The notes: generated by a model not told the origin, from the sequence alone. A stretch of DNA of 24,365 nucleotides from Candidatus Nanohaloarchaea archaeon (GCA_042217585.1 JBDGSJ010000010.1:1-24365); one strand, 5' to 3'; shown: positions 7,430 through 17,076, counted from the first letter of the stretch. A program made the numbers and translations.

Positions 7430-8602
7430 TCAGAAGTTCTCCTGCAGCACCTCGAGCGCCTCTTCTCTGTCACTCCAGTCCACGAAAAGGGCGACGCTGC
7501 TGGCGCTGGTTATGATTTCGTGAAGCTCGACCCCTCTCTCCCCGAGATGTCCAAGTATGTCCTCGAGTTCCGAGACGTCCGACGGCAGTTCCGGCGTGAC
7601 AACCCTCAGGACCGCTATACCTTCCTCGACGGTCACGCTGGACAGCGGGTCGTTTTCCACGACCACACTGTGGAGCGCCCTCTTCGCCTCCTCGCTGGCC
7701 TCTTCATCGACGTAGAACGTGACGCTGTCCATCCCGGTCGAGGTCGAGTCGATGTTTATCCCGCGGTCCGCAAGGGCGGTGGACAGGTCCGAGAGTATCC
7801 CTTCCCTCATCTTGAGTGCCCGGCCCGCAAGCGTCAGGCAGGCGAGAGGCTGCTCCCTCATGTCGATAAGGGATTCGAACCGGCCCTCGACCGCAGTCCC
7901 GGTCCTGAGCAGGTCCCCGTGCTGGTGGTGGACCACCTTCACGTCAAGGTCCTCGCTCTCGTACTCGAGCGCGGCGGGCGCGACCACCTCCGCACCCCGG
8001 AGTGAAAGCTCCCTGAGCTCCTCCACCGTTATGCTGTCAAGGTTCTCGGCGTCGTCCACCACCGCAGGATTCCCGGTCATGATACCTTCAACGTCCGTAA
8101 CTATGGCTGTCTGGTCAGCGTCCATGTAGTTCCCGAGCATCACGGCCGTGGTGTCGCTCCCCCCGCGGTCCAGCGTGGCAACGGAGCCGTCCTCCACCCC
8201 GATGAAACCGGGAAGGACAAGGACGCGCTCCTCAAGCTCTTCCTCCAGTTCAGCTGCTTTCCGCCGGGTCTTCTCCCGGTCCACGTCTCCGTCCTCGATC
8301 ACCACGGGCCAGTCCGGGTCTCCCGGCTCCACGAAACGGGAATCAACGTCCAGAGAGTGCAGCGCGGCGTTCAGCATCCTTATACTGGTCCTCTCGCCCA
8401 TCCCGAGTATCTCGTCACGGTCGGTCTCGCCGGCGTCGAACTCCATCTCCTCCAAGAGTTCGTCGGTAGTATCACCCATCGCGGAAGCGACCACGGCGAC
8501 CTCGTGTCCCTCCTCCACCGCATCCCTAACTGCTCTCGCGGCTCTCATCACCCTCCTGCCGTTTCCGAGGCTGGTTCCCCCGAACTTCGCGACGATCCTC
8601 AT
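7430..8602 (-). CDS. lysC: Aspartate kinase with two ACT domains
   Basis: MRIVAKFGGTS, SAMGDTTD, TLDRGGSDTTA, TDVEG. True start at 8602 overlaps the lysA stop (ATGA); the ORF-track extension to 8830 lies inside lysA. Confidence 0.95.
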   Translation of the reverse strand: MRIVAKFGGTSLGNGRRVMRAARAVRDAVEEGHEVAVVASAMGDTTDELLEEMEFDAGETDRDEILGMGERTSIRMLNAALHSLDVDSRFVEPGDPDWPVVIEDGDVDREKTRRKAAELEEELEERVLVLPGFIGVEDGSVATLDRGGSDTTAVMLGNYMDADQTAIVTDVEGIMTGNPAVVDDAENLDSITVEELRELSLRGAEVVAPAALEYESEDLDVKVVHHQHGDLLRTGTAVEGRFESLIDMREQPLACLTLAGRALKMREGILSDLSTALADRGINIDSTSTGMDSVTFYVDEEASEEAKRALHSVVVENDPLSSVTVEEGIAVLRVVTPELPSDVSELEDILGHLGERGVELHEIITSASSVALFVDWSDREEALEVLQENF

Positions 8603-9840
8603 GTTTCTCCCTCCAGGTCCGTGCCGTGGAAAAGGTCCTCGACCTCCTGCCTTTCCCGGATCAGTCTGTGGTTGCCGCTGTCCACTATCACCTCGGCGGG
8701 AAGCCTCCGCGTGTTCCAGTTGGACGCCATCGAGAATCCGTAGGCCCCGGTCTTTTCGATAGCCAGTATATCGCCCTGCTCGAGCCGTGGAAGCTCCCGG
8801 TCCTCCGCCAGAACATCCTCGCTGGAGCATACCGGTCCGACCACGGTCTTCTCCCCTCCATGCTCTCTTTCATCGCTGACAAGCGAGACAGGGTGGTATG
8901 CGTCGTGGAGCGCGGGTCTTATCAGGTGGTTCATGCCTGTGTCCACGCCGACAAAGGTCTTTCCCGACTCCTTCACACCGGTCACCCGTGTCAGGAGGTA
9001 GCCGGCCTCCGCTACGAGGTACCTGCCCGGCTCGATCCGGAGCTCCGGCTCGCCGATACCGGTCTCCTCCACGTACTCCTTCAGGACCGAGGTCACGCCC
9101 TCGGCTACTCTCTCCACGTCTAGGCGTTCCTGCTCCGGCCGGTAAGGTATTCCCAGTCCTCCCCCGATATCGATGAAGGAGAACTCTATCCCGAGTTCCC
9201 GGGAGACCTCCGCGGCAATGTCCAGCAGTTTTTCAGTTATCTGTTCAAAGTACTCCGCGTCCCTTATGTTGGAGCCGGTCATCATGTGGATGCCGAACTC
9301 CTCGACCCCCCGGTCCTTTGCCTTCCTGTAGGCCTCGACCACGCGGTCCTCCGGGACGCCGAACTGCGAGTTATCTCCAGCGAGGACCAGTCCGAACTCT
9401 CCACGGCCCTGGCCGGGGTTCACCCTGAAGGAGAGCTTCTCCGGGACCTCATCCATCTTTTCAAGAAGATAGGCGGAGTTCAGGTTAATGGTCACGTGGT
9501 GTTCACGCGCCGCCTCAAGCTCGTCCTCCCGGTTGAAGAGCCCGGTGTACAGGACCCGGTCCGTGGCTTCCAGCTCCTCTGCAAGCCTCAGCTCCGGGAT
9601 GCTGGCGCAGTCAAGATGGGCTCCGATATCGAGCATGGTCCGGACTATCTCGGGGTTCGAGTTCGCCTTCACCGCGTAATGTACGCTGAAATCCGGGTAG
9701 CGGGAGTCGAAAGCCTCCTCAAGCTCTGTAAACCTCTCCTGGATAACATCCCTGTCGTAAACGTACAGAGGTGTGTCGTATTCCTCGACGAGTTCAGATA
9801 CCGGGACGCCGCCGATGTATTTTTCGCCGTCTACTCTCAC
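8599..9840 (-). CDS. lysA: Diaminopimelate decarboxylase
   Basis: TPLYVYD, YAVKAN (PLP Lys), DIGGG, EPGRYLV, GPVCSSED and GAYGFSMASNWN. Confidence 0.95.
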   Translation of the reverse strand: MRVDGEKYIGGVPVSELVEEYDTPLYVYDRDVIQERFTELEEAFDSRYPDFSVHYAVKANSNPEIVRTMLDIGAHLDCASIPELRLAEELEATDRVLYTGLFNREDELEAAREHHVTINLNSAYLLEKMDEVPEKLSFRVNPGQGRGEFGLVLAGDNSQFGVPEDRVVEAYRKAKDRGVEEFGIHMMTGSNIRDAEYFEQITEKLLDIAAEVSRELGIEFSFIDIGGGLGIPYRPEQERLDVERVAEGVTSVLKEYVEETGIGEPELRIEPGRYLVAEAGYLLTRVTGVKESGKTFVGVDTGMNHLIRPALHDAYHPVSLVSDEREHGGEKTVVGPVCSSEDVLAEDRELPRLEQGDILAIEKTGAYGFSMASNWNTRRLPAEVIVDSGNHRLIRERQEVEDLFHGTDLEGET

Positions 9841-10580
9841 TGTTCAAAAACCTCATCGAACGTGTAAAAACCTGTTCCCCGGTCCTGAAGCCACTCCGCG
9901 GCCTCGACCGCTCCTGCGGCGAAGACGTTCCGGGACTCGGACCTGTGCCGCAGGGTGAGGACCTCGTGGTTCCCCGCCAGCAGGACCTCGTGCTCACCTC
10001 TCACGTCGCCGGCTCTCCGGGCATGGACCCCGATCTCTCCCTCCTCACGGGGCTGTTCCCCCTCCCTTCCGTGCGTCCTTCCCGACGTCTCGATCTCTTC
10101 CTCGATATCCCTGACTATCTCGAGTGCAGTCCCGCTCGGCGCATCCGTCTTCCCGTTGTGGTGCGTCTCCGTCACCTCGACGTCGTAGCCCGGGACCGAA
10201 CTCACCGCCTCCCTGACCGCGTTCCTCAGCGCCTGTATCCCGGGTGCAAAGTTAGAGGCCTTCAGGACAGGGACAGATTCCGCCGCTCCCTCAAGCACGC
10301 TTGCCTGTTCATCGTCCAGTCCTGTCGTCCCGGTCACGAACGGGACTCCGGCCTCTGAACAGGTCCTGGCGAACTCGACGGTCGCTGAGGGAGCCGTGAA
10401 ATCTATCAGAGCGTCCGGGTCCTCTTCCTGGAGGAGTTCCCGGAGTCGGTCCACATCTTCCACTTCTGGTTCCTCCGGTTCGACGTCCACGGCGAAGGCA
10501 AGTCCGTGCTCACTCTTCTCGATCTCCTCACGGACCTTCCTTCCCATCCGGCCCTCCGCTCCTGTCACAGCGATCTCCAT
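9837..10580 (-). CDS. dapB: 4-hydroxy-tetrahydrodipicolinate reductase
   Basis: GAEGRMG, IDFT, GTTG, ETHHNGKTDAPSGTA and GEHEV. Confidence 0.96.
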   Translation of the reverse strand: MEIAVTGAEGRMGRKVREEIEKSEHGLAFAVDVEPEEPEVEDVDRLRELLQEEDPDALIDFTAPSATVEFARTCSEAGVPFVTGTTGLDDEQASVLEGAAESVPVLKASNFAPGIQALRNAVREAVSSVPGYDVEVTETHHNGKTDAPSGTALEIVRDIEEEIETSGRTHGREGEQPREEGEIGVHARRAGDVRGEHEVLLAGNHEVLTLRHRSESRNVFAAGAVEAAEWLQDRGTGFYTFDEVFEQ

Positions 10581-10585
10581 TCTAA

Positions 10586-11527
10586 CTACCTCAGCCCGTA
10601 CCTGTCAAGTACATGTTCGAGTTCTTCACGGTTACGGTACTCTCCGTCCTGCCTCGGCCTCCTGTCCAGTGGCGCTCTCGGCGTTCCGAAGTCGAAGCCC
10701 ATCAGGTTCAGGGCGTACTGGACAGATATCGGGTTCTTCTCTCCCGGCTGGAACATCGCCTCGTGGAGGTCCATGAGCTCACGGTTCCTCTCGTAGGCGG
10801 CCTGGTGATCCCCGTTCACGTACCCCTTCTCCCAGACCTCCACGGTCCCGGAGGGGTGGACGTTGCCGGAGACGCTGATAGCGAAGCTCCCGCCCTGTGA
10901 AAACACGAAATGGTTCGCGGAGTCGTCTCCTGAACCGAGCCTGAAATCCAGGTCACGGGAACGGAGCCTCCTGCCGATCTCGTGTATCTGCTCGTAGTCC
11001 AGCGAAGCCTCCTTCAGGCCCGCGACGCCGTCGATCTCGGCGATCCGGAGCGCGGTATCCGGCTCGATATTCCTGCCGGTCCTGCCCGGCACATTGTACG
11101 CCACGATAGGCAGCTCAAGCTCCTCCGCCAGCCGGCGGTAATGCTCCACTATCAGGTCCTGCGGCGGACAGTTCTGGTACGGGGAGATCATCAGGTGGGC
11201 ATCGATGTCCGCCTCTTCCTCCACGCGGGACGCGAGCTCCAGGGTCTGGGCGGTCGAATTCATCCCGTCCCCTGCGATCACCGGGAGGTCCGTCATCCCT
11301 GCGAGGCGGGAGACGAACTCGACGTGCTCTCCGAGAGTGTCTCCGCGATCCCCAAGGGTCGCCGCGTGTCCGGTGCATCCAGCGGGGACTATCCCGTGGA
11401 CACCGTTCTCCTCCAGGTACCTGATATGTTCCTCCGCCGCGGCGTAATCTATCGACCCGTCCCCGTCGATCGGCGTGGGGAGGGCCGGGAATATTCCCTC
11501 GAGCTCGAACCCGGGCATCTCTCTCAC
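10586..11527 (-). CDS. dapA: 4-hydroxy-tetrahydrodipicolinate synthase
   Basis: PALPTP, GCTGH, YNVPGRTG, Schiff-base Lys in GLKEAS, SGDD and NPI; adjacent to dapB. Start may be GTG 11527 or the ATG three codons later. Confidence 0.88.
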   Translation of the reverse strand: MREMPGFELEGIFPALPTPIDGDGSIDYAAAEEHIRYLEENGVHGIVPAGCTGHAATLGDRGDTLGEHVEFVSRLAGMTDLPVIAGDGMNSTAQTLELASRVEEEADIDAHLMISPYQNCPPQDLIVEHYRRLAEELELPIVAYNVPGRTGRNIEPDTALRIAEIDGVAGLKEASLDYEQIHEIGRRLRSRDLDFRLGSGDDSANHFVFSQGGSFAISVSGNVHPSGTVEVWEKGYVNGDHQAAYERNRELMDLHEAMFQPGEKNPISVQYALNLMGFDFGTPRAPLDRRPRQDGEYRNREELEHVLDRYGLR

Positions 11528-11844
11528 CTCGCCCCTGCTTCCCGGATCTCGGGTCCTGATTCAGGAACCGAGCTCTCGTGTATGGGGTTTACGGCCTGCC
11601 TGACCAGTTCGTCCATCGAGAACGATTCCATCTCGGTCTCCACCTCTGCGGAGAAGTGCCTTGGGTCGAGGTCTTCCTCGTCTTCCACTGTCGAGGCCCT
11701 CGCCAGTCGGTCCCCGGAGCCCTCGACCTCCAGGACCGCGTAGGTGCCTCCGGGGGTCTCTATCCTCCACATCCTTCTCCGGACAGGTTCTCCAGTTCTT
11801 CGAACAAACTGTGTTTTCTCCAGTCGTGCTACGAAATCTATCAT
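11524..11844 (-). CDS. Hypothetical protein, first gene of the lysine operon
   Basis: 106-aa ORF whose stop overlaps the dapA GTG (GTGA). AT-rich TATA-like sequence 20-35 nt upstream. Confidence 0.65.
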   Translation of the reverse strand: MIDFVARLEKTQFVRRTGEPVRRRMWRIETPGGTYAVLEVEGSGDRLARASTVEDEEDLDPRHFSAEVETEMESFSMDELVRQAVNPIHESSVPESGPEIREAGAR

Positions 11845-11980
11845 AAAACTACGATAATCGTTAAAACTTTTTAAATCCTTCTCCGAATCTCTGGAAAGAT
11901 GTCCTCGGTGGCGGTCCGCCAGTAGGGGGTCCGGGGGAGGATGCGAATTTTATAATTAACCTCCGAACAGTTCCCTGTGA

Positions 11981-12054
11981 GGGCCGGTAGTTCAGCCTGG
12001 CAGAACGCTTCCTTGGCATGGAAGAGGCCCTGGGTTCAAATCCCAGCCGGTCCA
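11981..12054 (+). tRNA. tRNA-Ala(GGC)
   Basis: Acceptor GGGCCGG/CCGGTCC with G3:U70, anticodon arm CTTCC-TTGGCAT-GGAAG, T arm GGTTCAAATCC. Promoter TTTTATAA at ~11948. No encoded CCA. Confidence 0.97.
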
Positions 12055-12215
12055 TCTCCTTCCTCGCGAATGGGAAAGGGTAAAGATGGTCTTCACCTAC
12101 CGCCTGGCCCCATTCTTTTTTATTTCCGGCTGTCGCTCCAATGTGGTATGGGGTTCAGATCTGCCCGGAGAGGTCCGGGAACGGAACGACTGGTTGTCGC
12201 GGGTGAGTGTATCCC

Positions 12216-14174
12216 ATGACCTGTTCCTACTCGTTCGATCCGAGCGAACATCCCGACGCGGGAATCGATGTCAAGTGGGACTGCCCTCATGAGCCGGTCG
12301 AGGGCGCGGACCGCTGTATCTTCCACATGGACGAGGAGACGAGGAGGAACCACGGTATATCCAACGAGGACATCCAGAGGAAGATAATCGAAAACCTGAG
12401 CAACGGTGAGGAGGAGAACGAGTACGTCGGTGCTAAGATACCCAAACTGGTTTTCAACTACGAGACGGTGGAGGGGTCGACGACCCACCCTATCAACTTT
12501 CAGCACGCCGAGATAGGTGAGTTACAGCTCCAGAAGTCTCAGGTGGAGCAGGGTGTGGACCTCACCCACGCCAGGGTGGGGAAGATGATAATAAGGAAGG
12601 CGGAGCTGAACGGAACTTTCCGCCTGAACTACGCCACGGTAGAGGGGAAGATCGACGCCTTCGAGACCTCGTTTAACAATTCCTTCCGGGCGAGGAACGC
12701 CGAGTTCAGGGATAAGGTGAGCTTTGATGAGGCGTTCTTCAACGAAGAGCTGAACCTCCAGAACGCGGAGTTCCACGGTGAGGCGAGCTTCCAGGTGGCG
12801 GAGTTCTCGGGAAGAAGCCACAGGACCGACGACAACAGTGATTTCACGTCCGCGGTCTTCAGGGACCAGGTCCTTTTCGACGAGGCGGAGATGAAGCACT
12901 CCGATTTCACGGATGTCGAGTTCAGGGGTGAGGCGAGCTTCGAGGAGACCGTCATAGAGGGGGACGTGCTTTTCAGCGGGGCCGAGTTCAGGGCTAAGGC
13001 GGATTTCTTCCGGACCCGTTTCAGGGAGAGGACCGAGTTCGAGGCTGTCTTCTCAGAGTTGGCGAGGTTCCAGGAGGCGAGGTTCTACAGCGATGCGGAG
13101 TTCGACGGGACGGTGTTCGAGGACCACGCCGATTTCGACGAGGCCCGTTTCTACGAGGATACGAGTTTCAGGGAGGTAAAGTTCACTACGGCGGAGTTCC
13201 GTGGTGCCGAGTTCCAGGGTGAGAACAAGCACCTGGAGGACTCCGCGGTCTTCGACCAGTCGACCTTCGCGGGGAAGGCGGATTTCGACAACGTCGAGTT
13301 CACCTCCGCAAGTTTCCAGGATGTCCGGTTCGGGGATACGGTGGATTTCCGGAAATGCAGTTTTGACCGAGCGGATTTCGAGGTCTATCCGATAGACACC
13401 GACATCTACGTCGATATGACGGGTGCGAAGATCTTGGACGGTGTGATAAAGCAGACCGCGAAAGGTATCGTGCCCTACGACTTCACACGTGCTACGCTTG
13501 GCGATGTCAGACTGACCGGTGAGACCAACCGCCTGGAGCTCCTGGACCATTTCAGGTTCTGCCTGACTGAGTTCGACGGTTTCGATTTCGCGGAGCACCA
13601 CGACTACCTGGAGCGGAACGACTGGAAGATACACGAGTTCGTCGAGAACCAGGCCGAGATAGAGTACAGCGAGCACATGACGCCGGAGGTCACGGAGAGG
13701 ACCTACCTAAAGGCTCAGAACTCTGCGCAGGAGAAAGGCGACAAGACCGCCACTGCGGCCTTCGAGCTGAAGAGGAACAGGTACAACAGGAGGAAGAACA
13801 GGATGATGGCTCTGGATACCAGTGAGCCTCTCTCGCTGGTGACACGCGCCAAGAAGATGGGGGGTGTGATCGGCAACCAGTTCATGGACTGGACCTGCGG
13901 TTACGGCACAAAGCTCTTCAGGATCACAGCTCTGACGTTCGTGACCCCGATATTCTTCGCCCTGCTTTACCTCCAGCGGGGAGTATTCAGGACCCATGCC
14001 AAGGGTTTCGGGGACGCCCTTTACTACAGCTACATAACTTTCAGCTCGGTCGGCTACGGCGACATCTCTCCGCTCGCACCGGGCTCCAAGGTCCTCGCTT
14101 CGGCCGAGGGAATGCTCGGAGGGCTTTTCATAGCACTGTTCATCTACACGCTCAGCAAGAGGGTGGATTACTGA
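12216..14174 (+). CDS. Pentapeptide-repeat protein with C-terminal potassium-channel (Ion_trans_2) domain
   Basis: N-terminal C..CPH..CIFH motif, long A(E/D/S)F pentapeptide array, and pore signature YYSYITFSSVGYGDISP between TM helices. GGGTGA SD before ATG 12216. Confidence 0.9.
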   Translation: MTCSYSFDPSEHPDAGIDVKWDCPHEPVEGADRCIFHMDEETRRNHGISNEDIQRKIIENLSNGEEENEYVGAKIPKLVFNYETVEGSTTHPINFQHAEIGELQLQKSQVEQGVDLTHARVGKMIIRKAELNGTFRLNYATVEGKIDAFETSFNNSFRARNAEFRDKVSFDEAFFNEELNLQNAEFHGEASFQVAEFSGRSHRTDDNSDFTSAVFRDQVLFDEAEMKHSDFTDVEFRGEASFEETVIEGDVLFSGAEFRAKADFFRTRFRERTEFEAVFSELARFQEARFYSDAEFDGTVFEDHADFDEARFYEDTSFREVKFTTAEFRGAEFQGENKHLEDSAVFDQSTFAGKADFDNVEFTSASFQDVRFGDTVDFRKCSFDRADFEVYPIDTDIYVDMTGAKILDGVIKQTAKGIVPYDFTRATLGDVRLTGETNRLELLDHFRFCLTEFDGFDFAEHHDYLERNDWKIHEFVENQAEIEYSEHMTPEVTERTYLKAQNSAQEKGDKTATAAFELKRNRYNRRKNRMMALDTSEPLSLVTRAKKMGGVIGNQFMDWTCGYGTKLFRITALTFVTPIFFALLYLQRGVFRTHAKGFGDALYYSYITFSSVGYGDISPLAPGSKVLASAEGMLGGLFIALFIYTLSKRVDY

Positions 14175-14244
14175 CCCTGTTAACCATCATTTCCCCTCCT
14201 CATGAGGCCCAACAGTTTTAGTTGGAGGAAACGCAGTTTTTTTC

Positions 14245-15036
14245 ATGGGTTTTTTCTCCAGCGCAGAGGAGATGCTGAACGCCGGTGAATCGGTGAAGAA
14301 GAAGACCCATCCCTCCAGACTGGACAGTCACCACATCAAGCTTTTCTCACTGGTCTACACCACGGGAGGAGTTCTCGTGCTCGCGCTTCTTTACACTCTT
14401 GTCGCGTCATCGCCGGTCCCACCGTTTATACTGGGATTTCTGCTCGTAATCCCTCTTGCCCTCGGTATCTACTCAGAGGTGATGCGGAGGGAGACTACTT
14501 ACTACTTCACGGACCGCAAGATAATAGAGGAGAACGGCCTGATCGACAAGAACTACAAGACGATCGATTACGACAGGATACAGAACGTCACCCTGGACGA
14601 GGACATAGAGGAGAGGATATTCAGCGTCGGCGACATAGTGGTCAACACGGCGGGTACGGACCGGGCCGAGCAGAGGCTCAACGGTCTAAAGAAACCGGAG
14701 AATTACAGGAGACTCATCGGTGAAAGGATGGAGTCAGGGGACAGCGGTTCTTCAGGCGGAGTCGATGATTTCTCGCAGGAGGGATCACCGGATGAGGACC
14801 TCGGTCTGGACGGGGAGTTCGGGGAAGGCGGTCTTCAGGACGGTTCTCAGGGAGGAGAACAGCTTCAGGAAAGCAGCCGGGCCGGTGGAGACCTGCGTTC
14901 AAGGCTGGACCGCGTCAACACGAGGCTCGACGAGCTTGACAGGAAGAGGTCCTCGACAGGGCTGACAGACCGGGAGAGAAAGGAGTGGTACAGGCTTGAG
15001 GGCAAGAGAGATCTTCTCAGGGATCTGACATCCTGA
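14245..15036 (+). CDS. Membrane protein with bacterial PH (bPH_2) domain and acidic linker/coiled-coil tail
   Basis: Two TM helices, then YYFTDRKIIEENGL...IDYDRIQNV...ERIFSVGDIVVNTAG. Confidence 0.85.
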   Translation: MGFFSSAEEMLNAGESVKKKTHPSRLDSHHIKLFSLVYTTGGVLVLALLYTLVASSPVPPFILGFLLVIPLALGIYSEVMRRETTYYFTDRKIIEENGLIDKNYKTIDYDRIQNVTLDEDIEERIFSVGDIVVNTAGTDRAEQRLNGLKKPENYRRLIGERMESGDSGSSGGVDDFSQEGSPDEDLGLDGEFGEGGLQDGSQGGEQLQESSRAGGDLRSRLDRVNTRLDELDRKRSSTGLTDRERKEWYRLEGKRDLLRDLTS

Positions 15037-15055
15037 GACCGTCAGGAAGTCCGAT

Positions 15056-15454
15056 TCACCACCTGCTGTCCCTTTCCTCCTCAATCACGTCCCTGAGGTC
15101 GTTGTTCAGGTGGAGCGCGACCTCTGCCTCGACCTCCTCCGCGTACCTCTCCAGCGCAAGGTCGGTCACCATGTGGTCCACAGATCTGTACTCCTCCGCG
15201 TCGACGTCGTCCCTCTCCTTCAGTATCTTCCCTATAGAGTCCCTTCCGTCGAGCGCTGAGTATATCCGGTCGAAGAAAGGCTGGTCGACGTGCTCCAGCC
15301 GCGGCTCGCCGTACAACCTCAGGTCGGCCTGGAGGTCAGCGTATCTCACCGCGTCCACCTCGGGGACCCCTCTCGATTCGAGGTCCTGTATCATGCCGTT
15401 GTACCAGGGGTCCTGCGTCCTGGTGTCCATGTATGTGTCGGGTGCCGCGCTCAT
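15056..15454 (-). CDS. Hypothetical acidic protein
   Basis: 132-aa ORF, GAGGAG SD before ATG, host-like acidic composition. Confidence 0.72.
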   Translation of the reverse strand: MSAAPDTYMDTRTQDPWYNGMIQDLESRGVPEVDAVRYADLQADLRLYGEPRLEHVDQPFFDRIYSALDGRDSIGKILKERDDVDAEEYRSVDHMVTDLALERYAEEVEAEVALHLNNDLRDVIEEERDSRW

Positions 15455-15571
15455 CTCCTCAACAGGTACTGATAGGGTTCAGGTAATAAAAAACTGGTTT
15501 TCCTGCCGGTATTCATCCTCTCTGGAGGTCGAATATCCATCTGCAGTGCGGGTTTAGCGACCTCTTCCGGT

Positions 15572-15904
15572 TTAACTGTAACGGTCATCGGCGTACTCGA
15601 AGAACGCCACGTCCTCCGGGCTCAGGATATCATCCAGTTCATTCCTGATTTCGCCGTACTCCGTTCCCCCCAGTTCGTCCACCTCGAACCTGTCGACGAT
15701 CTCCGATGCGTACTCATCGACAAGTTCCTCTACCGCCTCGGTCCTGCTCTCGCCAGGACCCCTGTAAAGGGCGAACGATTTCTCCCCGTTGAACACGGTC
15801 TCCAGCTGGTCCCGCATCCAGTACTCGACCCTTTCCTCATCTTCAAGGCCCGTGAACGGGGGCAGGACCTCGCGGGCCCTCCCGAGGACGTCGTCGATAT
15901 CCAT
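15572..15904 (-). CDS. Hypothetical acidic protein
   Basis: 110-aa ORF with AT-rich upstream region shared with the divergent protease gene. Confidence 0.72.
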   Translation of the reverse strand: MDIDDVLGRAREVLPPFTGLEDEERVEYWMRDQLETVFNGEKSFALYRGPGESRTEAVEELVDEYASEIVDRFEVDELGGTEYGEIRNELDDILSPEDVAFFEYADDRYS

Positions 15905-15963
15905 AACGATATTTTATCAATTTGAATTTTTGATTCTTGTGCCACGGCGAACAGGTGATAAAG

Positions 15964-16509
15964 ATGGATGTCCATCCTCTTGACATGAAGTTCAGGGAGA
16001 TACGGGACCTCCTCGCCGCCTGGATCGTGCTGGGTGTGGCGTTTGCGAACCTCTATCAGGCCCTGACGCCGGCTTTCCTGCTGATTTCGATGCTCACCGC
16101 CGGTATCGGTTTCCTGCTCCACGAGCTGGCCCACAAGGTGGTGGCGATGAGGTTTGGTTTTCCCGCGGAGTTCCGGGCGGATTACCAGATGCTGGGAGTG
16201 GCATTTCTGACCTCGTTCCTCGGACTCCTGTTCGCCGCTCCCGGGGCTGTCATGGTTCGCGGACTCCGTGACCGCAGGAAGGACGCGCTTATATCTCTCG
16301 CCGGTCCAGCGACCAATATCGTCCTCGCGCTCGGTTTCACGGCGGTCCCCGGCGTCATGGGTAGTTACGGGACCTCTATAAACTCGTGGCTCGCGCTCTT
16401 CAACATGATACCCGCAGGAGGGCTGGACGGGGAGTCGGTCTACAGGTACAGCAGGCCTCTCTACGGTGCGACCGTTCTGGTCTCCGGTTATCTGGTGTTC
16501 TTTCTCTAG
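15964..16509 (+). CDS. Site-2 (M50 family) membrane metalloprotease
   Basis: HELAH, APGAV, SLAGPATN and FNMIPAGGLDG. AGGTGA SD before ATG 15964; alternative start 15985. Confidence 0.92.
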   Translation: MDVHPLDMKFREIRDLLAAWIVLGVAFANLYQALTPAFLLISMLTAGIGFLLHELAHKVVAMRFGFPAEFRADYQMLGVAFLTSFLGLLFAAPGAVMVRGLRDRRKDALISLAGPATNIVLALGFTAVPGVMGSYGTSINSWLALFNMIPAGGLDGESVYRYSRPLYGATVLVSGYLVFFL

Positions 16510-16949
16510 ATCATGTTCATCCTTTTTTCGAGCCTGTATATGTGCTCGGTCAGGGAATCCTCCACCAGCAGCATTATGTTGTAGGTGACGGTGGCGTTGA
16601 ATCCGACCGTGAGGAAAACTGCCACTGCGGGCAGTATCGGTGCCAGGAGGAATATCATCGCCTGGCTTATCAGGACGTTGCCGAAGGAGGCGAACAGGTG
16701 TATGGTTGAGCCTACGACTATCTGGCGCTCCGGCAGGTTCTGTATCCGGTCGAAAAGCCTGTCGAACGCGAGGACCGAGAGGAAGCCGAAGCCGATGACA
16801 GCCCCGAGGATGTATGCCATTATCCTCAGGTTGGTGAGAAGGCCGTAGTGCTTGATCAGAAAGGTGCCTGAACCCCATATGGAGAGGGTGTAGCCATAGG
16901 CTATGGACTCGTCTGTCAGGTTCCTCTTCAGCTTGTGGAGCGACTGCAC
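16506..16949 (-). CDS. Conserved-looking hypothetical membrane protein
   Basis: About four TM segments; ESIAYGYTLSIWGSG motif; GTG start. Confidence 0.75.
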   Translation of the reverse strand: MQSLHKLKRNLTDESIAYGYTLSIWGSGTFLIKHYGLLTNLRIMAYILGAVIGFGFLSVLAFDRLFDRIQNLPERQIVVGSTIHLFASFGNVLISQAMIFLLAPILPAVAVFLTVGFNATVTYNIMLLVEDSLTEHIYRLEKRMNMI

Positions 16950-17076
16950 GTTAACCGTTCCGGCTAACTAGTTTATTAATCCAGCGACCTCTCAGGTTGG
17001 AAAAACATACCAGAACGGATTATAACCGCGCGCAGGGAAAAAATCCTGTGGAACTGAGACACGCGGTGAAAGAAAG

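Noticed and set aside
11845..11980. Lysine riboswitch ahead of the dap operon
   Set aside because: TATA-like elements sit 20-35 nt from the first ATG, implying a near-leaderless mRNA. No room or L-box motifs.
12148..12219. 23-codon uORF overlapping the channel start (ATGA)
   Set aside because: The channel ATG has its own GGGTGA SD, and the short ORF shows no coding signal; likely chance.
12660..13380. Quasi-periodic GAGTTC/GATTTC repeats as CRISPR or tandem repeat
   Set aside because: Explained by pentapeptide-repeat coding; no identical repeats with unique spacers.
15523..15564. Inverted repeat GAGGTCG...CGACCTC as an ncRNA
   Set aside because: Only 7 bp with a weakly paired interior; no recognisable RNA family. 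At most a terminator-like hairpin.
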